DNA of 64,000 nt from the NCBI GenBank assembly GCA_963806225.1, contig CAWDXG010000001.1, positions 864,001-928,000 of the forward strand, read 5' to 3'. This DNA comes from an uncultured delta proteobacterium. GTDB taxonomy: Bacteria; Myxococcota_A; Polyangia; Polyangiales; Polyangiaceae. Shown in pieces: positions 43,685-55,618 of this stretch. Below the pieces are notes generated by a model that saw only the letters and a program-made list of their open reading frames with translations, ran no database searches and was not told the DNA's origin. Position 1 is the stretch's first letter. Each line of letters opens with the position of its first letter. The translations under genes and the position numbers were made by a program.

Positions 43685-44514
43685 GGTCGCCCTCCGCTGC
43701 GGGCGGCTCCGAGACCCAGCGCTGCCTGCCGTCCGGCCACGACCTCGATCAGTTCGTTGGTGATCTGCTCCTGGCGCGCGATGCGCCACGCTTCGCGAAG
43801 CTCGTCGAGCTTCCGGTCGCACGCGCCGCGAGCCATCTCGGCGGCGATGATGCGAGCGCGAACTTCTGCGCGCAGCGCTTCGGCGACGCCGACGGCCAGC
43901 CGACTGGCGATCGATTCCTTGACTGCCTGCGCCAGTACCTCCCGAAGCGGTGACCAGGTTTCCGGTGCCTGGCGCACCGGCTCGCGCTCGCCGGCGAGCA
44001 GCACGACGGAGCCGAGGGTGCTGCTGCCGCCACGGGGATAGAGCAGCTCGACGTGACTCCGGCTCGCGTGGAACAGCACGGCTTCTGCGATGCGACGTGC
44101 GACCTCGTCGTGCTCGTCGTGGGAGACAGCAGCGGGCAGCGTGAACAGCGTGCGCGAGACGAGAACAGGCTGGCGCATCGCCGACTCCACGAGACGGGAA
44201 CCGACCAGACCAACGGACCCGTCGGCGGGAAGCTGGGCCAGCACGCGTCGCGGCAGTGCGCCGCAATAGGGCCGCTCCGGGCCGAGGACGACGTAGAGTC
44301 GGTCTCGCGTCGTTCGCGGCAGAGGCGCTCCCGCGAGTCGAGCGACGACCTCGTCGACCCGGTCGAGGTACGCGCTGGCGTCGGCCGAGGCCTGCTCGGC
44401 GAGCGGAAGCTGCGCACGGGCCAGCGCCCAGATGGCGTGAACGACCTGGCCCACCGCCGAGACGGCCGACATCCGTCGCTCGAGCACCCGCAGATCGAAC
44501 ACCTGCTCAGCCAT
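43681..44514 (-). CDS. atpG: N-ATPase gamma subunit (divergent)
   Basis: N-terminal coiled coil, GPERPYCG (for DRGLCG), E..ARI.A, RQEQITNELIEVVAG. Confidence 0.8.
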   Translation of the reverse strand: MAEQVFDLRVLERRMSAVSAVGQVVHAIWALARAQLPLAEQASADASAYLDRVDEVVARLAGAPLPRTTRDRLYVVLGPERPYCGALPRRVLAQLPADGSVGLVGSRLVESAMRQPVLVSRTLFTLPAAVSHDEHDEVARRIAEAVLFHASRSHVELLYPRGGSSTLGSVVLLAGEREPVRQAPETWSPLREVLAQAVKESIASRLAVGVAEALRAEVRARIIAAEMARGACDRKLDELREAWRIARQEQITNELIEVVAGRQAALGLGAARSGGRP

Positions 44515-46111
44515 CCAGCTCCGCCCCCCCGATATCGACCTCGATCTCCCCGGCGTCTTCGAATGTAACCTCGATTTCCGGGCCTGCCGCTGCGGCGCGG
44601 GCGGCGACAACGCGTCGGAGCAGCCCCTCCAGGCTGTCGCGGTCGACCTGGGAGAGCACCGCATCGCGTTCGACGCGCGCGACGAGCTCGGGCAGCTCGC
44701 GGCGGGCTTCGTCCACGAGCTGGCGGGCGGTTGCCGCGACCTCCGTTTCCGGGAGCGCGAGCAGCGCATCGTGGGACGCGGCCAGGGTCAAATAGGCCAC
44801 TTCCGCGAAGATGCCCAGGGGCTCGAGACGCCCGCCGCGCAGGAGCAGGCGGATGCGCTTTCCGAGCGCGATGCGTTGCTCGGTCGTCGCTTCGAGCCGC
44901 GTGCCGAGGCGCGAGAAGGCTTCCAGCTCGAGGAAGCCGGCGTAATCGAGGCGCAGCCGCGCCGCCAGCTCGCGGAATGCCTGGGCCTGGGCCTTGGCGC
45001 CCACGCGGCTCACCGACAGCGAGGCGTCGATGGCGGGCTTCTGGCCTCCCGTGAACAGCGACCGCGACAGTACGATCTGGCCGTCGGTGATCGAGATCAG
45101 GTTGGTGGGGATGTACGAGGTCAGGCGACCCCCCTCGAGCACGGCGAGCGGAAGCGCTGTCAGCGAGCCGCCGCCCTGATCCATCGAGAGTTGGGCCGCG
45201 CGCTCCAGCAGCCGCGAGTGCAGGTAGAAGATGTCGCCGGGGTAGGCTTCACGACCGGGCGGTCGCTTGAGCAGCAGCGACAGCTCGCGCCAGGCGACTG
45301 CATGCGACGTGAGGTCGTCGTAGACGATCAGCGCGTGCTCCCCGCGGTAGGTGAAGTGCTCGGCGAGCGCGGTGCCGGCGTATGGCGCGAGGTAGCGCAT
45401 GCCCGGGCTGTCGTCATCGGGCGCGGCCACCACGATCCAACGCTCGCCCCCGGCCCGGAGCGCCTCGACCGCGTGCCAGGTTTCCGAGCGGCGACGCCCA
45501 ACCGCCACGTACACGCAGACGACCTCGGTATTCTTCTGGCGCAACAGGATGTCGAGCGCGAGCGAGGTCTTTCCGGTCCCCTCTTCGCCCACGATGAGCT
45601 CGCGCTGCCCGCGACCGATCGGAAACATCGCGTCGATCGCGAGCGCGCCGGTGTAGAGCGGGCTATGCACAGCCGTCCGCTCGAAGATGCGTGGCGCCCG
45701 TCGTTCGAGGGGAACGTGCGTCAGGGTGCCGCGGAGGGGCATGCCGTCCAGCGGACGACCCAGTGGGTCGACGACGCGTCCCAGCATGGCGTCACCGGCG
45801 GGGAGGGTCGGAGCACGCCCAGTCGCCCGGACCGCAGCGCCGTCGGTGATGTCGACGTCATCGTCGAGCGCGATGGCTTCGATCGTGCTCGGTTGGAGGC
45901 TCAGCACCAGCGCCCGCCCCGCGTGCCCCCCCACCTCCAGCAGCTCCTCGGAGCAGGCGTCCGGCAGACCTTCGATGCGGAGCACTCCGTCGGTGATGCC
46001 CAGGACGCGGCCCTCCGAACGGACGCGCACGCGCGGACGGTACTCGCGTGCCGCGCGTGAAAGTGCCGAGCCGATGGCACGCACCGCATCCTCTACACGC
46101 ACGTGAGACAC
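44507..46111 (-). CDS. atpA: N-ATPase alpha subunit
   Basis: LGRVVDPLG, PIGRGQRELIVG..GTGKT, YDDL, RPPGREAYPGDIFYLHSRLLERA, IPTNLISITDGQ, SVSRVG. Confidence 0.95.
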   Translation of the reverse strand: MSHVRVEDAVRAIGSALSRAAREYRPRVRVRSEGRVLGITDGVLRIEGLPDACSEELLEVGGHAGRALVLSLQPSTIEAIALDDDVDITDGAAVRATGRAPTLPAGDAMLGRVVDPLGRPLDGMPLRGTLTHVPLERRAPRIFERTAVHSPLYTGALAIDAMFPIGRGQRELIVGEEGTGKTSLALDILLRQKNTEVVCVYVAVGRRRSETWHAVEALRAGGERWIVVAAPDDDSPGMRYLAPYAGTALAEHFTYRGEHALIVYDDLTSHAVAWRELSLLLKRPPGREAYPGDIFYLHSRLLERAAQLSMDQGGGSLTALPLAVLEGGRLTSYIPTNLISITDGQIVLSRSLFTGGQKPAIDASLSVSRVGAKAQAQAFRELAARLRLDYAGFLELEAFSRLGTRLEATTEQRIALGKRIRLLLRGGRLEPLGIFAEVAYLTLAASHDALLALPETEVAATARQLVDEARRELPELVARVERDAVLSQVDRDSLEGLLRRVVAARAAAAGPEIEVTFEDAGEIEVDIGGAELDG

Positions 46112-46113
46112 CG

Positions 46114-46881
46114 CTAGACCTCCGCCTCCACCATCTCGCGGACGCTGTCGCGGAATGCTTCGAGCTGGCCCGCCATCGAGGCGTCGAGGACGCGGTTGCC
46201 CACGCGCAGGACCAGACCTGCGCCCAGGGTCTCGTCCTCGCGCAGCGCCAGGCGCGGCGTGAGCCCGAGCGTCTCGCCCAGCTTGTCGCGCAGCCGCGAG
46301 ACGCCCTCGTCCCCGGGCATCTTCGCGAACGTGACCTCGACTTCCCGTGCCGCGCCGCCGTCGGCTTCGTCCGGGCCGGCTTCTCGTCTCAGCAGGTCGG
46401 ACTGGCGATCGAGCTCGGACAGCAGCTCATCGAGCAGCGCCGGTTCCAGCGCCTCGGGCGCGAGACGCGCGAGGATGCGTCCTGCCACCTCGGCGCCGCG
46501 CTCGACCAGCACCTCCCGCACCCACGCCAGCGCGGCTTCGCGTTCAGCGTCGAGCATCCGCTGTGCCCGCACGTGCTCGGCGGCGGCATCTTCGCGAGCT
46601 TGTTCGAGGATCCGGGCGCGCTCCTCGCTGGCTTGCTCGGTTGCGTCGCGGATGGTCTGCGCGCGGAGTCCGTCGAGCTCGGCTTGGCGCTCCCGGTAAT
46701 CCGCCAGCGAGTGCTCCGCCTGTTGCATGCGTAGCTCCGCGGCCTGCTCACGCTCCTTGATCACGTCATTGCGCTTCGCGATGGCGCGCTGCAGCGGCTT
46801 GTAGAGCACGCGCTGGAGGAGCCACACGAGGACGATGAAATTGACGATTTCGAACAGGAATGTCGTGAGGTTGAAGCCCAT
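46114..46881 (-). CDS. atpF: N-ATPase b subunit with delta-like C-terminal extension
   Basis: NF.VLVWLL.R.LYKP, long coiled coil, C-terminal GLVLRVG..VLDAS; 255 aa. Confidence 0.9.
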   Translation of the reverse strand: MGFNLTTFLFEIVNFIVLVWLLQRVLYKPLQRAIAKRNDVIKEREQAAELRMQQAEHSLADYRERQAELDGLRAQTIRDATEQASEERARILEQAREDAAAEHVRAQRMLDAEREAALAWVREVLVERGAEVAGRILARLAPEALEPALLDELLSELDRQSDLLRREAGPDEADGGAAREVEVTFAKMPGDEGVSRLRDKLGETLGLTPRLALREDETLGAGLVLRVGNRVLDASMAGQLEAFRDSVREMVEAEV

Positions 46882-46909
46882 GGCGATAACGTCGCTTTCG
46901 TGCTCGTCG

Positions 46910-47164
46910 CTAGCGCACCAGCGGATTGGCGTAGAGCAGGATCAACGCGACTACCAGACAGTAGATGGCGGTCGATTCGATCATTGCGAGGCCCACGAAG
47001 AGCGTCCGGGTGATGCGATCGGTCGCGTCGGGCTGGCGCGCGATCGCATCGAGCGCCTGCGCAACGGAACGACCTTCGCCCAGCGCGGGGCCGACCGATC
47101 CTATCGCGATCGTGAGCCCCGCCGTCACTACACTGGCGAGTGCGATCCACTCCTGACCGGTCAT
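46910..47164 (-). CDS. atpE: N-ATPase c subunit (Na+-binding signature)
   Basis: GPALGEG, ARQP, LAMIESTAIY. Confidence 0.95.
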   Translation of the reverse strand: MTGQEWIALASVVTAGLTIAIGSVGPALGEGRSVAQALDAIARQPDATDRITRTLFVGLAMIESTAIYCLVVALILLYANPLVR

Positions 47165-47865
47165 GTGGCTTCTCCTTTCATGTCGCCGGCGGCCGGGGCC
47201 GACGACTGTCCCTTCGGTTTCCGACGGCTGGCCGTTTCGAGAGAGCTGGCTGCGAAGACAAGTGTGAGCACGCCGAAGATGTAGGCCTGGACCAGACTGG
47301 TCAGCACAGTGAGCAGCATCAGCGGCACCGGCAGGAGCAGGCCGGCCAGGTAGACGATGATCGCGCCGACGAGGGTTCCGGACAGCATGTTGCCGAACAG
47401 GCGCAGCGCGAGCGCTACCGTACGGCTGAGCTCACCAATGATGTTGAACGGCAGAAGGAACGGGCTTGGTTCGATGTACTGTTTCAGATACCTCACGCCC
47501 TGGCTCCTGAACGCGTAGACGTGGCCCGCGACGAAGGCGATCAGCGCCAGCGCCACGGTAAGGGCCAGGTCCCGCGTGGGGCTCGACACGCCCGGCAGCA
47601 GACCGCTCAAGTTGGCGAATCCGATGAACAGCCACTGCGTGAGGATCAACGGAACCAACGGTCGAACGTCGGCGCTCACCATGTTCTGCACGGAGTCCTC
47701 GAGCACCGCGTAGATGATCTCGAGCACGCGCCGGGGACGTGCGAACGCGAGCAGGATGCGGCCGCCCAGCACCAGCACCAGCGAGAGGACCAGAGAAGCG
47801 ATCACGGTGTCGGTCACGACGACCGGCCCGATGTGGAAGACCTCGTCCGGAAACGGAGTCTTCAT
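47161..47865 (-). CDS. atpB: N-ATPase a subunit
   Basis: ANL.GL.PG..SPT, PFNIIGELSRT.ALALRLFGNM, QAYIF.VL. Confidence 0.93.
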   Translation of the reverse strand: MKTPFPDEVFHIGPVVVTDTVIASLVLSLVLVLGGRILLAFARPRRVLEIIYAVLEDSVQNMVSADVRPLVPLILTQWLFIGFANLSGLLPGVSSPTRDLALTVALALIAFVAGHVYAFRSQGVRYLKQYIEPSPFLLPFNIIGELSRTVALALRLFGNMLSGTLVGAIIVYLAGLLLPVPLMLLTVLTSLVQAYIFGVLTLVFAASSLETASRRKPKGQSSAPAAGDMKGEAT

Positions 47866-48128
47866 GATCGCTGAACCTTCCGCCCGAGGACAACAAGACG
47901 AGCTGCAAGCAGCCCCGGCAGCGTGCACCAGGCGGCAAGCGGCGCAAGCGCGGCGGCGGCGAGCACAAACAGCGAGACGCTGCCGAGCGCGAGCGGGTAG
48001 GAGACGAGGACGAGGCCGGCTCCGCGACGCACCGCGAGCCGGGCGCGCCACCGCGTGATCCCCAGATGCACGAGCCCGGCGACCGCGCCGAGGCCCACGC
48101 CCGCCAGCGCTGCAAGCCACGCGCTCAT
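47862..48128 (-). CDS. atpR: N-ATPase AtpR-like membrane subunit
   Basis: 88-aa hydrophobic ORF between atpQ and atpB, ATGA overlaps at both ends. Confidence 0.7.
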   Translation of the reverse strand: MSAWLAALAGVGLGAVAGLVHLGITRWRARLAVRRGAGLVLVSYPLALGSVSLFVLAAAALAPLAAWCTLPGLLAARLVVLGRKVQRS

Positions 48129-48450
48129 GCGGTCCCCTTCGTGTCCGGTCCGCCCGCCGGGGGCTCGTCCTCGTGTTCGGCCTCCTCCAGGCTTCCGCGC
48201 ACCTGGCGCCACGTCACGTAGATACCGGTACCGAGCCCGGCAAGCAGGCCCACGATGGCGAGCCAGCGGCTACCGGTCCAGCGAGCGAGCAGATGTCCTC
48301 CTGCCGCACCCAGCACGACCGGCAGGATGAACATCCAGCCCAGCACGCCGACATGAGCGAGGTAGCGCCACATGGGGTCCTTGCTCTGTCGGGCTCGTGC
48401 CATGCGCTGGGCCTTCCTGCGCACCTCGCTCGCGTAGGGCTCGTCGGCCA

Positions 48451-48451
<1 letters not shown>
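48125..48451 (-). CDS. atpQ: N-ATPase AtpQ (AtpZ/AtpI-like) subunit
   Basis: RK..R..RAR, G.LGW...LP..LG..GG..L, two TM segments. Confidence 0.8.
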
Positions 48452-50330
<1,879 letters not shown>

Positions 50331-52749
50331 TCAGCCCAGGCAAAGCGCCATTATTTCGCAAAAGCGCTCCACGAAGTGCGCCCGCAGCCCCTTCTTCACA
50401 TGGTCGGGCAGGTTCTCGAAATCGCTCTCGTTGGCCTTGGGCAGGACGACGTGCCGCACCTTGGCGCGCTTGGCCGCGATCATCTTCTCGCTGATGCCGC
50501 CGACGGGCAGCACGTGGCCGCTCAGATCGAGCTCCCCGGTCATGGCGTAGCCGCGCTTGATCGGCTTGTTCGCGCGCCAGCGTGTACAGAGCCGCCGCCA
50601 TGGTCACGCCCGCCGAGGGGCCGTCCTTCGGCGTCGCACCCGCCGGGACGTGCAGATGGACGAAGTGCTCGTCGAAGAAGCCCTCCGAGCCCTCGATAGA
50701 TGCACAGAGCCTGCGCGCGTACGTGTACGCGATCTCGGAGGACTCGACCATCACCTTGCCGAGCTGTCCGGTCTGCTTGAAGCCCGGACGGTCGGACTTC
50801 ACCGCGGTTGCTTCGACGTACAGCGTGTCGCCACCCATGCTGGTCCAGGCCAGACCGCGGATGACGCCGGGCGTCGGCGTGTCGTAGACCGTCTCTTCCG
50901 TGAAGATGCGCTTGCCCAGAAGCTCGCGGACCTCGGCGGGACCGATCTTGATACGCTCCGATTTCTCGAGGATCTTCACGGCGCTCTTGCGCACGATCTT
51001 CTTGATCTGCTTCTCGACACTGCGCACGCCCGCGTCGCGCGCGTAGCCGTCGATGATCTCGCGCAGCGCGGCCTTCGTGACGGAGAGCTGGGTGCGCTTG
51101 AGGTGCAGCGCCCGGAGCTCCCGCGGCAGGAGGTAGCGGTGGGCGATCTCCAGCTTCTCCTGCAGGATGTATCCGGACAGCTTGATGACTTCCATGCGGT
51201 CGAGGAGGGGCCCCGGAATGGTGTCCAGCTGGTTCGCGGTGCAGACGAACAGCACGTTCGACAGGTCGTAGCGGACGTCCAGATAGTGATCGAGGAACTC
51301 GCGGTTCTGTTCCGGGTCGAGCGCCTCGAGCAGCGCCGACGCGGGATCGCCGCGGAAGCTCGCGCCGATCTTGTCGATTTCGTCGAGCATGATGACGGGG
51401 TTGTCCGTCTTGCAGACGCGCAGCGCCTGCAGGAACTTGCCGGGCATGGCGCCGATGTACGTGCGGCGGTGGCCCTTGATCTCCGCCTCGTCGCGCATGC
51501 CGCCCAGGGAGAAGCGGTAGAACTCGCGGTTGAGGCTGCGCGCGATGGACTTGCCGATGGAGGTCTTGCCCACTCCGGGCGGACCGACCAGGCAGATGAT
51601 CGAGCCGGCAAGGCTGCCTTTGAGCAGTCCCGCCGCGATGAACTCGAGGATGCGCGCCTTCACGTCGTCGAGCCCGTAGTGGTCTTCGTCCAGCACCTTG
51701 CGGGCGCGCTCGAGCGTCGTGTCGTCGCCGCTTTCGGTTCCCCAGGGCAGCACCGTCAGCCAGTCGAGGTAGTTGCGGGTGACGGTGAACTCTGGCGAGG
51801 CGGGCTCGAGCATGCGCAGCTTTTCCAGTTCCTCGTCGATGCGCTGTTTCGCCTCGTCGCTGGGCGTGCGTGTCCGGAGCCGCTCGGTGAAGCGCTGGAG
51901 CTCCTGCTCCTTGTCGTCCTTCTCGAGCCCCAGCTCCTGCTTGATGCTCTTGAGCTGCTCGCGCAGGAAGAACTCGCGCTGCTGCTTGCTGATCCGCTCT
52001 TCGATCTGCTGCGTGATCTGCGATTGGAGCTTGGAGATGTCGAGCTCGCGCCGGAGCAGCTCCGCCGCTTTCTCCAGCCGTGGCTTGAGCTCCAGCGTCT
52101 CGAGCACCTGCTGCAGCTCGGTGCCGTTCGCGCTCGTCAGGTAGGCGGCGTAGTCGGCGAGGCGTGCGGGGTCCTCGAAATTGCCCTGGCTGAGCAGCAG
52201 ATTCAGCTCTTCCTTGAACAGCGGGTTGAGCTGTACCAGGTCCTTGATCGAGTTGATGATGGTCAGGGCGTAGGCCTTGAGCTCGTCACTGACCGACCCC
52301 TGCGATTCGTACAGGTATTCGACCTCGGCGACCTGGTAGGGGTCGGTGCTCACGATGCGCCCGAGCCGTATGCGGTCACGCGCGCCGAGCAGCACCGTGA
52401 GCCGGCCCGCCTCGTCCTTCTTGGCGTTCAGGAGCTGGGCGACCACCCCGACGGAATGCAGCTCGGGCACGTGCGGTCTGCCGTCGTCGGCTTCTTCGGC
52501 CGGTGTCTTGACGAGAGACAGCCCGACCAGTCCGCTCTGGGCCTCGATCGTATTCTGGATCAGCTTCGCAATGCTCTCGCTCTCGACCACCAGGGGCGTG
52601 ACGATCTGCGGGAAGAGCGGACGGCTCGGCAGAGGGATGATCGGGAGGCGGGGCGGATAGACCTGGCGCGCGACGACGATGCCCTGGTCCCGTCCTGCGG
52701 GCTCCCGGTTGTCGTCGACGATCTCGACGTTGGGGGAACGGTCGTTCAT
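50331..52749 (-). CDS. lon: Lon protease (endopeptidase La; frameshift near 50575)
   Basis: GPPGVGKTS, LDEIDK, DPASALLE.LDPEQN, GLAWT..GG, PKDGPSAG; C-terminal MTGE.DL.G.VLPVGGI.EK in ORF 50331..50543. Confidence 0.95.
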
Positions 52750-52809
52750 GTCAGCGCATGATCTTAACCACGCCAGCCGGCGCGTTAAGCCCGGGGGCGC
52801 CGGAGCCGC

Positions 52810-53775
52810 TCAAGCGGCGTCCGGAAGGGCCGCCCTGGGGTCCCCGGCGGAAGCGCGTCCGGCGATAACCCAGGCGTATCGGCTGAGCAGCGCACCGAGG
52901 ACGAAGCTGGCCGCAGCTGCGGGCACCAGCCCGCCCAGGCGCAGCGCAAGCGAAAGCGGCCCGGACAGCACGCCCGCCGTGCGCAGCAGCGCGGCTGCCG
53001 TGCCACGGTGCAACGCCCGGTCTGCCGCGCCGTGGCGGTAGAGCTCGATCCACGCTGCGATGACGGTTTCCAGCGCGGCAGCGCCGGCGCCGAGTGCGTC
53101 CAGCGCGTGCAGCCGGAATCCCATGAGCTCGAGCAGTGCGGCGGCAGCTCCCAGCCCGGCAATGCCGAAGTGCAAGGGCAGCGTGTAGCGGTGCGCGTGC
53201 CATGCCGGCACCGCCGTCATCCCGAGCAGTACGCCCGTGTAGGTGGCGAGCAGCGCGCCCATCGCTCCCGCCAGGAGCGTCAATCCGAACAAGAGGTCGC
53301 TGGCCGTGTGGAAGGAGACGCCCAGGTCGGACGCGACGCGGAAGCCCTCGAACACGAGCACGGCAGCGAGTGTGAAGGTCGAGAACAGCACCAGCGTCCA
53401 CGCGCCGACCGACATCGGCGAGCGCAACTTGAGCACCCGGAGCATGTTCAAGAAGCGCGCGGGCCGTCCCAGGTCGAGAACGAGTAGTAGCGGCGAGAGC
53501 AGAGCGCCGCCCAGAGCCAGCCAGAGCGCCGCGCGCGCGAGCTCGAGGTTTTCGTGGGTTGCCACGCAGGCCAGCGCGATGACCGCGCTCATGCCCGCAG
53601 TGCCACCGACGAAGAAGTAGAGCGGGATCTCCCAGGTCCACACCGGGGGCTTGACGATGGGACGGCCGTAGTAGCCGGCCGGAGCCTTTGGCCGCGGCGC
53701 GCTCTGTGCGGCTCGCGCCGCCTGCTTGAGCTCGTCGAGCCGCTCTTCGCGCGGATCCTCGTCGGATAGGGGCAT
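52810..53775 (-). CDS. NrfD/PsrC-family membrane anchor of formate dehydrogenase
   Basis: YYG.P.VKPPVWTW.IPLYFF.GG, DLGRP.RF.NMLRV, SPMS.GAW, YTGVLL..TAVPAW. Confidence 0.9.
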   Translation of the reverse strand: MPLSDEDPREERLDELKQAARAAQSAPRPKAPAGYYGRPIVKPPVWTWEIPLYFFVGGTAGMSAVIALACVATHENLELARAALWLALGGALLSPLLLVLDLGRPARFLNMLRVLKLRSPMSVGAWTLVLFSTFTLAAVLVFEGFRVASDLGVSFHTASDLLFGLTLLAGAMGALLATYTGVLLGMTAVPAWHAHRYTLPLHFGIAGLGAAAALLELMGFRLHALDALGAGAAALETVIAAWIELYRHGAADRALHRGTAAALLRTAGVLSGPLSLALRLGGLVPAAAASFVLGALLSRYAWVIAGRASAGDPRAALPDAA

Positions 53776-53781
53776 CTCGCG

Positions 53782-54636
53782 TCAACCCGGGAGCAGCAGG
53801 AAGCAGAGCAGGCTGCTTGTCAGTGCCAGAGCACAGGTGAAGATCGCGACCAGCCAGGCGTTGGCCAGATCCCGCCCGGGCAGCTCCGGCACCGGCGGCA
53901 GGCCGAACTGCTCCGCAGGCCCCGGCAGGAGGAACATGGCGTGGGTGCCTTCCACGGAAGTGTTCCTCGCGTCGTACAGGCGGGCTCCGTCGAATCCTCG
54001 CTCGCGGAGCGCGGCGACGCGTTCGCGGGCGCGTTCGTAGAGCTCGTCGAGTGGGCCGAAGGCGATCGACTCCGTGGGGCAGGTCTTGGCGCAGGCGGGC
54101 ACGAGCCCTTCGATCTGCCGGTCGTAGCAGAGTGTGCACTTGAACGCGCCACCGGCCCCCGGCAGGGGCGAAGGTCGGCGGTCGACGACGCCGAACGGAC
54201 AGCTGACGACACAGTAGCCGCAGCCGTTGCAGACGTCGTCCTGGATGAACACGGCGCCGACCTCGTTCCTCGCGATCGCGCCCGTGGGGCAGGCTTCGAG
54301 GCAACCCGCCTTCTCGCAGTGCTTGCACACGTCCGACAGGAACATCCAGCCGAGATCGCCTGCGACGCCGGCGAGCTGCGCGCCGACGCGCTCTTCGAAC
54401 TCCACGAACTTCACATGCCGCCAGGTGGACGCTCCAAGTTGTCCCGTGTTGTCATACGACTGTCCGCTGAATGCGTAGCCGTCGTCGGGGAGCTGGTTCC
54501 ACTCCTTGCACGCCACCTCGCACGCCTTGCAACCGATGCACAGGGTCGGGTCGGTGAAGAAACCGACGCGGGTGCGCTCGGCGACGAAGTCGTGCCGCGC
54601 CTGGTTCGGGCTGGATAGGCCGCCGCCGATCGCCAT
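53782..54636 (-). CDS. Formate dehydrogenase iron-sulfur (beta) subunit, FdnH-like
   Basis: CIGCKACEVACKEWN, CKHC...GC..ACP, CNGCGYC...CP, KCTLC.DR....PACAKTCP. Confidence 0.92.
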   Translation of the reverse strand: MAIGGGLSSPNQARHDFVAERTRVGFFTDPTLCIGCKACEVACKEWNQLPDDGYAFSGQSYDNTGQLGASTWRHVKFVEFEERVGAQLAGVAGDLGWMFLSDVCKHCEKAGCLEACPTGAIARNEVGAVFIQDDVCNGCGYCVVSCPFGVVDRRPSPLPGAGGAFKCTLCYDRQIEGLVPACAKTCPTESIAFGPLDELYERARERVAALRERGFDGARLYDARNTSVEGTHAMFLLPGPAEQFGLPPVPELPGRDLANAWLVAIFTCALALTSSLLCFLLLPG

Positions 54637-54811
54637 CAGGCTCGTGGTCCGGGGCGGAGCCCTTGCAGAGCGGAGTTCATGGTCCCGGCGATGCTAGGGC
54701 GCCGGACAGGGCTGGATCAACGCTGCCGGTGATTGCCTGCGTCCGGCCCGTCGAAACCCGGGGGGAGACCAGCCGGTTGCGGCAGCCGCCGGAGGGCAGA
54801 TACTACGCGAC

Positions 54812-55618
54812 ATGAGCACCGATGCTCGTGTCGCCGTCGTGACAGGCGCCAACGGCGCTATCGGGAAGGCCATCGCCGAGGGGCTCGCCCGGAGCGGTTT
54901 CGAGGTCGTGCTCGGTTGCCGCAACCAGGCGGCGGGCGAAAAGGCAGCCGAGGCCATCCGACGCAGCACCGGTAGCGCCGCTGTGCGACTCGAGAGCGTC
55001 GACGTGTCCCGCCGCGCTTCGGTCGAAGCCTTGAGAGCGCGCTGGCGGGGCCGGCTCGACGTGCTCGTCAACAATGCGGCTATCGCTCCGCGGCGTCGCG
55101 AAGAGACGCCGGAGGGGCTCGAACGCCAGCTGGCTACGAACGTGCTCGGCTATCTATGGATGAGCGAGGCGTTCAGCGACGTGCTTGCCCGGAGCCCCGG
55201 ACGCATCGTCAACGTGGCCAGCTACTGGGCCGGCGGCCTCGAGCTCGACGACCTGGAATTCGAGCGCCGTCGCTACGACAACGACGAAGCCTATCGCCAG
55301 TCCAAGCAGGCCGACCGCATGCTCACCGTCGCGCTGGCGGAACGCTTCCGCCCACAAGGCATCGCAGTCAACGCCTGCCATCCCGGGGACGTGCGCTCCG
55401 CGCTCTCGGAGGACCTCGGCTTCGGCGGGCACCAGACTCCGGAGTCCGGCGCGGAGACGCCGCTGGTCCTGGCGATCGAGACCGCCGGCGCCGAGCACAC
55501 CGGCTGCTACTTCGCGAACCGCCGCCCGGAACGCTGTCGCTTTGGCGAGGACCGCGCCGCCGTCGCAGCCCTGTACGAGAGGCTCTCCGCCTACTCTTCG
55601 CCGACCCAGCGCCGGTAG
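54812..55618 (+). CDS. Short-chain dehydrogenase/reductase (retinol-DH-like)
   Basis: TGANGAIG, NNA, Y.QSK, HPG.V. Confidence 0.9.
   Translation: MSTDARVAVVTGANGAIGKAIAEGLARSGFEVVLGCRNQAAGEKAAEAIRRSTGSAAVRLESVDVSRRASVEALRARWRGRLDVLVNNAAIAPRRREETPEGLERQLATNVLGYLWMSEAFSDVLARSPGRIVNVASYWAGGLELDDLEFERRRYDNDEAYRQSKQADRMLTVALAERFRPQGIAVNACHPGDVRSALSEDLGFGGHQTPESGAETPLVLAIETAGAEHTGCYFANRRPERCRFGEDRAAVAALYERLSAYSSPTQRR

Noticed and set aside
52763..52789. CIRCE or HAIR heat-shock operator upstream of lon
   Set aside because: CTTAAC-N15-GTTAAG does not match TTAGCACTC-N9-GAGTGCTAA or CTTGAGT-N7-ACTCAAG
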